This document shows positions 57,213 to 64,000 of a stretch of DNA of 64,000 nucleotides, in pieces. The position numbers and the translations under genes are program-made. Where the stretch lies: the NCBI GenBank assembly GCA_016432345.1, contig CP066685.1, positions 240,236 to 304,235 of the forward strand, given 5' to 3'. The notes beneath the pieces were generated by a model. That model had not been told where the DNA came from, ran no database searches, and was given only the letters and a program-made list of their open reading frames with translations. Numbering within the stretch: the stretch's first letter is position 1; every line of letters starts with the position of its first letter. Source of the stretch: Candidatus Levyibacteriota bacterium. GTDB lineage: Bacteria > Patescibacteriota > Microgenomatia > Levybacterales > UBA12049.

Positions 57213-57475
57213 TAAAAAATAAGATTAAAGAACACATTTTTTATTATTTTTCTTTGTTATCTGTTGTTATTTTAGGTGTGTTTTTAACACTGCAATTTCC
57301 TGGAAACAAGCAGATTCAGATGATGACAATTGTTATTACAACTTTCTTTTATGTTGGTTTTGGAATAGTACATCATAGGGAAAATCACAACTTAAGCGCA
57401 AAAATTGTGGTAGAATATATGTTAATTGGGGCTTTAGGAATGACTATTGCTTCATTTTTTTTACTTGGGTCATAG
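57209..57475 (+). CDS. Small hypothetical membrane protein
   Basis: Three TMs; start overlaps the upstream stop. Confidence 0.65.
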   Translation: MIKNKIKEHIFYYFSLLSVVILGVFLTLQFPGNKQIQMMTIVITTFFYVGFGIVHHRENHNLSAKIVVEYMLIGALGMTIASFFLLGS

Positions 57476-57480
57476 AGTTT

Positions 57481-58221
57481 ATGAAAGGAATAATTTTAGC
57501 AGGAGGATTAGCAACAAGGTTGCGGCCTTTGACATGGGTAACGAATAAACATTTATTGCCAATTTATAACAAACCCATGATTTTTTTTCCGCTTACTGCA
57601 ATGGCTAAGGCAGGTGTTAAAGATGTTCTTATTACAAGCTCGTCAGATCACGCTGGGCATTTTGCTGCACTTCTAAAGCATGGAGAGGATTTTGGTTTGA
57701 ATCTTGAGTTTGTTGTGCAAGAAAATCCAAAAGGAGGGATTTCGGACGCAATAAGGCTTGGAGAGAGTTTTGCGAAAAATCAACCCATCTTAGTTATTTT
57801 AGGAGATAATATTTTTACGTTCAATTTAAAAAATAGCATTGACCGGTTTTTACAAAGAGGAAAAGGAGCGGTTGTTTTTGGAGTAAAAATGGCAACAGAA
57901 TCAAAGCAATATGGAGTGATTGAAGTAGATATGGAAGGCAAGGTAAAATCTATAGAGGAAAAGCCTGAGAATCCGAAATCCGATATTGCGCAAGCTGGTA
58001 TTTATTTATATGATAATTGCGTATTTGATTATATTAAAAACCTTGTTCCATCTGCCAGAGGAGAACTTGAAGTAACTGATCTTAATAATCAGTACGTCAA
58101 GGAAGGCACAATGTATTGCGAAATGCTTGATTGGTGGGTAGATGCCGGGACATCGTTTGACGAATTGCTTAGGGCTAATAATCTAGTTGCTGAAAAGGTA
58201 AAAAAAGGAGAAATTATATGA
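57481..58221 (+). CDS. rmlA: Glucose-1-phosphate thymidylyltransferase-like sugar nucleotidyltransferase
   Basis: GIILAGG..TRLRPLT...NKHLLP, EEKP, PSARGELE.TD, W.DAGT. Confidence 0.88.
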   Translation: MKGIILAGGLATRLRPLTWVTNKHLLPIYNKPMIFFPLTAMAKAGVKDVLITSSSDHAGHFAALLKHGEDFGLNLEFVVQENPKGGISDAIRLGESFAKNQPILVILGDNIFTFNLKNSIDRFLQRGKGAVVFGVKMATESKQYGVIEVDMEGKVKSIEEKPENPKSDIAQAGIYLYDNCVFDYIKNLVPSARGELEVTDLNNQYVKEGTMYCEMLDWWVDAGTSFDELLRANNLVAEKVKKGEII

Positions 58222-58646
58222 GTATTGCAAAAATTGAGGATGCAAAAAAAGTTACAACATACGACCCAGATAAAAATGTAAATGGTTCTCTTGTCGAATT
58301 ATATAAAGATGGAGATAAAACAGTTGCGTATTTGACTTCTGTAAAACAGGGAATGTTTAAGGGATACCATTTGCATAGGGTGCGGGCAGCGCGATACGCG
58401 CCATTAAAAGGAAAAATGAAAATTATTCTTTACAGGCCAGGATCAAATGAGAAAGAGGAGTACATTCTTGATGCAGAAAATCCCCAAAGACTGTTTATTC
58501 CAAAAGATATTGCAACAGGACTTGAATGTATTGGAAATGAAGAAGCCTGGCTGATTAATTATCCCAATCCTCCTTATGATCCAAGTCTTAAAGATGAGCA
58601 AGTTGAATATACAGAAGAAGAGTTGGAAAAAGGTATTGTAAAGTAA
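58218..58646 (+). CDS. Cupin-fold sugar epimerase/isomerase (RmlC/WxcM-like)
   Basis: KGYHLH cupin motif, L.IP....G; lies between rmlA and rmlB. Confidence 0.65.
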   Translation: MSIAKIEDAKKVTTYDPDKNVNGSLVELYKDGDKTVAYLTSVKQGMFKGYHLHRVRAARYAPLKGKMKIILYRPGSNEKEEYILDAENPQRLFIPKDIATGLECIGNEEAWLINYPNPPYDPSLKDEQVEYTEEELEKGIVK

Positions 58647-58649
58647 TGT

Positions 58650-59666
58650 ATGAGACTTCTAGTAACTGGCGGCGCGGGGTTTATTGGATCAAATTTTATA
58701 CTCTATTGGCTTAAGCAATATCCGCAAGATAAAATCATAAATTTTGATAAATTAACTTACGCTGGCAATTTAGAAAATCTTGAAGAGATAGAAAAAAATC
58801 CATCTTACACGTTTATTCAAGGAGATATTTGCGATGCAAGACAAGTGGATAGCGCAATGAAAGGAATAGATGTGGTGGCGCATTTTGCCGCAGAAAGCCA
58901 TGTTGACCGTTCAATCATGGAGCCAGCATCATTTGTGATGACAAATACGGCGGGTACACAGGTGCTTCTTGATGCAGCAGTAAAAAATAAGGTAAAGAAA
59001 TTTCATCATGTTTCAACAGATGAAGTATACGGTTCGCTTGATCTTAATAATTTGAGTAAGTTTAATGAACAAACACTTTATGATCCCAGAAGTCCATATT
59101 CAGCTAGTAAAGCTGGGTCAGACCATTTGGTTAGAGCATATCATGCAACTTTTGGGTTACCAATTACAATTACAAATTGTTCAAATAATTTTGGGCCATA
59201 CCAATTTCCAGAGAAGCTTATTCCACTTGCAATTACAAATATTTTGGAAGGTAAAAAAGTGCCGGTATATGGGGACGGGTTGTATGTTAGGGATTGGTTG
59301 TATGTCGAAGATCATTGCCGGGCAATTGATTTGGTTTTGCAAAAGGGAAAAATTGGAGAGACATATTGTGTTGGCGGGTTAACGGAGGATATTAATAACT
59401 TGGCAATTATAAAGAAAATTTTGTCTCTTCTTGGAAAAGATGAAGAGTTTATAGAATTTGTCAAAGACAGACCAGGACATGATAGAAGGTATGCTGTTGA
59501 TTGGTCAAAAATTAAAAATGAGCTTGGTTGGGAGCCAGCGCATAATTTTGATGAATGGCTTGAAAAGACTATAGAATGGTATAAAACTCACGTAAGTTGG
59601 TGGAAACGGGTAAAAAGCGGCGAGTATCAGGAGTATTACAAAAAGCAATATAACATGCTACAATAA
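58650..59666 (+). CDS. rmlB: dTDP-glucose 4,6-dehydratase
   Basis: TGGAGFIGSN, HFAAESHVDRSI, STDEVYG, YSASK, DRPGHDRRYA. Confidence 0.96.
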   Translation: MRLLVTGGAGFIGSNFILYWLKQYPQDKIINFDKLTYAGNLENLEEIEKNPSYTFIQGDICDARQVDSAMKGIDVVAHFAAESHVDRSIMEPASFVMTNTAGTQVLLDAAVKNKVKKFHHVSTDEVYGSLDLNNLSKFNEQTLYDPRSPYSASKAGSDHLVRAYHATFGLPITITNCSNNFGPYQFPEKLIPLAITNILEGKKVPVYGDGLYVRDWLYVEDHCRAIDLVLQKGKIGETYCVGGLTEDINNLAIIKKILSLLGKDEEFIEFVKDRPGHDRRYAVDWSKIKNELGWEPAHNFDEWLEKTIEWYKTHVSWWKRVKSGEYQEYYKKQYNMLQ

Positions 59667-59675
59667 TACATTATT

Positions 59676-60971
59676 ATGATAATAACTTTTGTCGGGCATG
59701 GGTATGTGGGGCTTGTTTCTGCTTCTATTTTTGCTGATTTAGGAAATACGGTTTGGGTAATTGGTCACACAGCGGAAAAAGTCGAAAACCTTAAAAAAGG
59801 CATAATTCCAATTTACGAGCCAGGACTGGATGAAATTGTTAAAAGAAATGTAAAAGCAAAACGGTTACTGTTTACTTTAGACTACGACGAGGCAATTCCT
59901 CAATCAGAAGTTGTTTTTATTGCCGTTGGCACTCCTCCAAAATCAACTGGAGAAGCAGATTTGTCGGTTGTATATGAAGTTGCAAAAAAAGTTGGAAAAT
60001 ATCTTGATGGATATACGGTTGTTATTACTAAAAGCACAGTTCCCGTTGGCACTAACTTTGAAGTTAAAAAAATTATTGAAGAAGTTATACCGCAAAAGGC
60101 CACTTTTGATGTAGCATCGGTGCCTGAATTTTTACGGGAAGGACAGGCAATTTCTGACACATTGCATCCAGATAGAATAATTATTGGTACAGAAACAAAA
60201 AAAGCAGAAGAAAAACTTGTGGAATTACACAAACCAATAGATGGGGTAATGGTTTTAACTAATATCAAAACTGCAGAGATGATAAAATATGCCGCAAATG
60301 CATTTTTAGCGACAAAAATTTCGTTTGCCAATGCCATAGCCCAACTTTGTGAAATAACAGGAGCAGACGGGTTGGCAGTGCTTGAGGGTATTGGTTTGGA
60401 CAAGCGCATTGGAAAATCATTTCTTTCTCCAGGAGCTGGTTACGGAGGAAGTTGTTTCCCCAAAGATGTAAAAGCATTAATTGCTATTGCAAAACAACAT
60501 GGATACGATTTTGCCCTTCTTAAAGAAGTAGAAAATATTAATAAACAAGCCGTAAATCAGATTGTTTCTAAAGTAAAACGACTATTAAATAATGATGTAG
60601 AAAATAAAACAATTGGTATTTTAGGATTATCATTTAAACCAGACACCGATGATATGAGAGACGCGCCATCTATTATTATTGTTCGTAAATTACAGGAGAT
60701 GGGCGCAAAGATAAAAGCCTATGATCCAATTGCGGTGGAAAAATCCAAGAATATCTTAAAAGGAATTACCTATTATAAAGATTCTTACGAAGTGGCTAAA
60801 GATTTAGATATTTTAATTATTATGACAGAGTGGAATGAGTTTAGACAATTAGATTTAGGAAAAATAAAATCTCTTATGAAGCAACCGATACTTATTGACG
60901 GTCGAAATATTTACGAACCCCAACAAGCAAAAGAGCTTGGATTTGTCTACCAAGGTGTTGGTAGATCGTAA
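59676..60971 (+). CDS. ugd: UDP-glucose/GDP-mannose dehydrogenase family protein
   Basis: G.GYVGL, PEFLREG, GYGGSCFPKD, FKPDTDDMR. Confidence 0.93.
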   Translation: MIITFVGHGYVGLVSASIFADLGNTVWVIGHTAEKVENLKKGIIPIYEPGLDEIVKRNVKAKRLLFTLDYDEAIPQSEVVFIAVGTPPKSTGEADLSVVYEVAKKVGKYLDGYTVVITKSTVPVGTNFEVKKIIEEVIPQKATFDVASVPEFLREGQAISDTLHPDRIIIGTETKKAEEKLVELHKPIDGVMVLTNIKTAEMIKYAANAFLATKISFANAIAQLCEITGADGLAVLEGIGLDKRIGKSFLSPGAGYGGSCFPKDVKALIAIAKQHGYDFALLKEVENINKQAVNQIVSKVKRLLNNDVENKTIGILGLSFKPDTDDMRDAPSIIIVRKLQEMGAKIKAYDPIAVEKSKNILKGITYYKDSYEVAKDLDILIIMTEWNEFRQLDLGKIKSLMKQPILIDGRNIYEPQQAKELGFVYQGVGRS

Positions 60972-60974
60972 TAC

Positions 60975-61934
60975 ATGACAAAAGCATTAATTACAGGCAT
61001 ATCGGGATTTGCGGGTAGTTTTCTGGCAGAATACTTAATTTCCCTGAAAAAATATAAAGTAAGCGGTACATATTTGGTTTCGGGTAGCCTTAAAAACCTT
61101 TCTTCCGTAAAAGATAATTTGGAATTAACACAAGTTGATCTGATAAATCAAGAGGGCATTGAGCAGCTTATAGAAAGGGAGCGCCCTGATGTTATATTTC
61201 ATCTTGCAGCTTTACCTGGAGTTGGATCAAGTTTTGATAAACCTGCAGAAACAATTATTAATAATGTTGCTGCGCAAGTGCATCTTTTAGAAGCTATTAG
61301 AAAAGCAGAGCTTTTTGATTGTCGAATTCTTGTTGTCTCTTCGGCAGATGTATATGGAAAAATAGCAAAAGAGGATTTACCTATAGATGAGGAAACCAAA
61401 TTTTATCCAAGCAGCAGCTACGCTGTTTCTAAAATAACGCAAGATTTTTTGGGGCTACAGTATTTTTTGTCGTACAATATGAAGATTATTCGCGCGCGGC
61501 CGTTTAATCATGTTGGTCCGCGTCAATCATCGGGTTTTGTTATTGCAGATTTTGCGCAAAAAATAGCCAAGATAGAAAAAGGATTGCAAGAGCCGATACT
61601 TAACGTTGGAAACCTGGAAGCCCGGCGAGATTTTACCGATGTAAGAGATATGGTGCGGGCGTATGAACTTTTGATTAGTCTTGGTAAGACAGGAGATGTA
61701 TATAATATTGGTTATGGTAAATCATATAAAATTTCAAAGATATTACAAATGTTTCTTTCAATCACGAGAGTAAAAATAACAATACGAAAAGACCAAAGCC
61801 TTCTTCGGCCCCAGGATTTATTAGAGCGTGTATGTGATAATAGCAAGTTTGTAAAGCTAACAGGTTGGAAGCCAGAGATTACTTTAGAACAAACGTTAAA
61901 AGATACTCTGGATTACTGGAGAGATATCGTTTAG
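60975..61934 (+). CDS. NDP-sugar SDR, GDP-4-keto-6-deoxymannose reductase (Rmd)-like
   Basis: TGISGFAG, YAVSK, RPFNH.GPRQ, GNL...RDFTDVRD; directly upstream of gmd. Confidence 0.75.
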   Translation: MTKALITGISGFAGSFLAEYLISLKKYKVSGTYLVSGSLKNLSSVKDNLELTQVDLINQEGIEQLIERERPDVIFHLAALPGVGSSFDKPAETIINNVAAQVHLLEAIRKAELFDCRILVVSSADVYGKIAKEDLPIDEETKFYPSSSYAVSKITQDFLGLQYFLSYNMKIIRARPFNHVGPRQSSGFVIADFAQKIAKIEKGLQEPILNVGNLEARRDFTDVRDMVRAYELLISLGKTGDVYNIGYGKSYKISKILQMFLSITRVKITIRKDQSLLRPQDLLERVCDNSKFVKLTGWKPEITLEQTLKDTLDYWRDIV

Positions 61935-61951
61935 AATAATATCTAAATAAC

Positions 61952-62929
61952 ATGAAAAAAGCACTTATTACCGGAATTACAGGGCAAGACGGATCATATT
62001 TGGCAGAATTTCTTTTGGAAAAAGGGTATAAAGTTTACGGATTAACTAGAAGAACCAGCACGGTAAATAATGAGCGAATTGCGCACATTCAAGATCGTAT
62101 AACGTTGGTTCAGGGCGATCTTTTGGATCAGAGTTCTCTTTCAGCCGCGCTTATGGAAACAGAGCCAGATGAGGTTTATAATCTTGCTGCGCAGTCCTTT
62201 GTTAAAACTTCATGGAATCAGCCTGTGCTTACAGGAGAGTTTACAGCTTTAGGAGTAACAAGACTTCTTGAGGCAATAAGGACAATCAATTCAAAGATAA
62301 AGTTTTATCAAGCTTCGTCGTCTGAAATGTTTGGCAAAGTTACAGAAACACCCCAAAAAGAGACAACTAGATTTCATCCCCGAAGTCCATATGGAGTCGC
62401 TAAGGTTTATGGGCATTATATTACGGTTAATTATAGAGAAAGTTTTGGGATATTTGCATGTTCTGGAATTTTGTTTAATCACGAGTCTCCCAGAAGAGGT
62501 TTAGAGTTTGTTACCAGAAAAATTACTCGTGCAGTTGCTAGGATAGTTTTGGGAAAACAAGATAAATTAGAGCTTGGCGACCTTAATCCTAAAAGAGATT
62601 GGGGGTTTGCAGGCGATTATGTGGAGGCAATGTGGTTGATGCTGCAGCAGGAGAAAGCCGATGATTATGTAATTGCAACTGGAGAAAATCATTCCGTTTC
62701 GGAATTTGTGGAATTGGCGTTTCAGGCTGTTGACATAAGTGATTGGAAGAAGTATGTTGCGGCAAATAAAACTGAACATCTGCGTCCTGCAGAGGTGGAT
62801 TATTTAATTGGAGATTATAGTAAAGCAAAAAAAGTTCTTGGATGGAAGCCAAAAACAAACTTTAAACAATTAGTAGACATGATGGTTCGTGCTGATGTGA
62901 AAATGGAAAAAGGAAATGGAAAAGCATAA
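61952..62929 (+). CDS. gmd: GDP-mannose 4,6-dehydratase
   Basis: [46 protein letters not shown]. Confidence 0.96.
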   Translation: MKKALITGITGQDGSYLAEFLLEKGYKVYGLTRRTSTVNNERIAHIQDRITLVQGDLLDQSSLSAALMETEPDEVYNLAAQSFVKTSWNQPVLTGEFTALGVTRLLEAIRTINSKIKFYQASSSEMFGKVTETPQKETTRFHPRSPYGVAKVYGHYITVNYRESFGIFACSGILFNHESPRRGLEFVTRKITRAVARIVLGKQDKLELGDLNPKRDWGFAGDYVEAMWLMLQQEKADDYVIATGENHSVSEFVELAFQAVDISDWKKYVAANKTEHLRPAEVDYLIGDYSKAKKVLGWKPKTNFKQLVDMMVRADVKMEKGNGKA

Positions 62930-62932
62930 ATT

Positions 62933-63904
62933 ATGCAGAGCGTTTTGGTTTCTGGCGGGGCAGGATTTATAGGTTATCATCTTTGTAAACTTCTTTTAGA
63001 GAAAATTTTTGAAGTCTATTGTGTAGATAATTTTCTTACCGGATCACAAGAAAATATTGCTTCATTATCAAAAAATTCACATTTTCATTTTATAGAAAAA
63101 GACGTGACGGAAAGAGAAGTGTGTAATGTGTTTGAGGCTATATCTTTTTCAGCAGTTTTTCATCTTGCTTCCCCAGCTTCCCCCAACAAAAAAAGTCCAA
63201 GAAGCTATATCGCTTACCCAATTGAGACATTATTAGTTAATTCAATTGGCACGCAAAATATGCTAGAAATAGCAAAAAAACATAAATCTAAATTTCTTTT
63301 TACTTCATCATCAGAGGTGTATGGAGATCCAGCTATTACACCTCAAAAAGAAGATTACTTTGGAAATGTAAATCCAAATGGTGTTAGATCTGTATATGAT
63401 GAAGCAAAGCGCTTTGGGGAAGCAATAACAATGGCGTATGTGCGAAAATTTAATATGGATTGTCGTATTGTCAGAATTTTTAATACATATGGTCCTAATA
63501 TGCAAAAGGATGATGGCAGAGTTGTTTCTAATTTTATTAACCAGGCATTAGAAAATAAAGATATCACAATTTATGGTGATGGGATGCAAACGCGAAGTTT
63601 TTGCTATGTTGATGATATGGTTTTAGGTTTAACTAAAGCTCTTTTTATAGATAAATCAAAAGGAGAAGTAATTAATTTAGGGAATCCAGACAAGCGAACC
63701 ATAGCGGAACTTGCTACAATAATTAAAGATCTAACCATGTCTCAATCAAAAATTATCTATGAATCATTGCCAGAAGACGATCCAAAAGAGAGAAAACCAG
63801 ATATTAAAAAAGCGCAAAGCCTTCTTGGGTGGCAACCGAATATGGCGCTTAACGATGGACTTAGAAAAACAATAGTCTATTTTAGACAAATTAGACAAAC
63901 ATGA
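62933..63904 (+). CDS. UDP-glucuronate decarboxylase (UDP-xylose synthase)-like
   Basis: HLASPASP, SEVYGDP, GNVNP.G.RS.YDEAKR, RIFNTYGP.M...DGRVVSNF, DDP..RKPDI. Confidence 0.88.
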   Translation: MQSVLVSGGAGFIGYHLCKLLLEKIFEVYCVDNFLTGSQENIASLSKNSHFHFIEKDVTEREVCNVFEAISFSAVFHLASPASPNKKSPRSYIAYPIETLLVNSIGTQNMLEIAKKHKSKFLFTSSSEVYGDPAITPQKEDYFGNVNPNGVRSVYDEAKRFGEAITMAYVRKFNMDCRIVRIFNTYGPNMQKDDGRVVSNFINQALENKDITIYGDGMQTRSFCYVDDMVLGLTKALFIDKSKGEVINLGNPDKRTIAELATIIKDLTMSQSKIIYESLPEDDPKERKPDIKKAQSLLGWQPNMALNDGLRKTIVYFRQIRQT

Positions 63905-64000
63905 AAGTTATCATTATTATTCCAACATACAACGAAAAGGGGAATATAGAGCGTCTCATTGAGATTTTGCAAAATGATGTTTTTCCTAACATAAAAAATC
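63901..64000 (+). CDS. GT2 glycosyltransferase, N-terminus (truncated by window end)
   Basis: MKVIIIIPTYNEKGNIERLI, the typical GT2/polyprenol-phosphate mannose synthase start. Confidence 0.75.
   Translation, partial: MKVIIIIPTYNEKGNIERLIEILQNDVFPNIKN

Noticed and set aside
1..64000. Alternative genetic code 25 (TGA = Gly)
   Set aside because: Many full-length conserved genes end at TGA (e.g. lysC, dapB, dapL) and none appears interrupted by it.
1..64000. tRNA or rRNA genes
   Set aside because: Intergenic gaps are short and I saw no cloverleaf or rRNA signature; tRNAscan-SE would confirm.

Overview
AT-rich bacterial chromosomal window using the standard code (TGA acts as stop). The compact, overlapping gene layout and gene content suggest Patescibacteria/CPR, Microgenomates-like (inference only). 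Most of it is housekeeping: recX, rny, HU, an ABC transporter, RNase P RNA, a helicase-nuclease, rmuC, tsaD/E/C/B, greA, a DapL-type lysine operon with class I LysRS, serS, secA, transketolase, prfB, ftsEX and a nucleotide-sugar cluster. The best accessory signal is a defence island at about 37.0-44.7 kb. There a type I R-M system (HsdR plus fused HsdM-HsdS) and small unknown genes lie between two relics absent from the ORF track: a 20-codon Cas12a N-terminus (38035-38094) and a single Cas12a-type CRISPR repeat (44706-44741). Other notable signals: a 30-bp palindrome inserted in-frame in both tkt and tsaE (same peptide RSHLVQGATLT) with a third intergenic copy; a stand-alone MAKKKKKKKK micro-ORF with its own SD and terminator; a TrpR-like gene bracketed by identical palindromic sites; heptamer repeats inside genes; a G9 tract in a pilin-like gene promoter; and widespread apparently leaderless genes. 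All calls come from motif recognition by eye; no database search was run.
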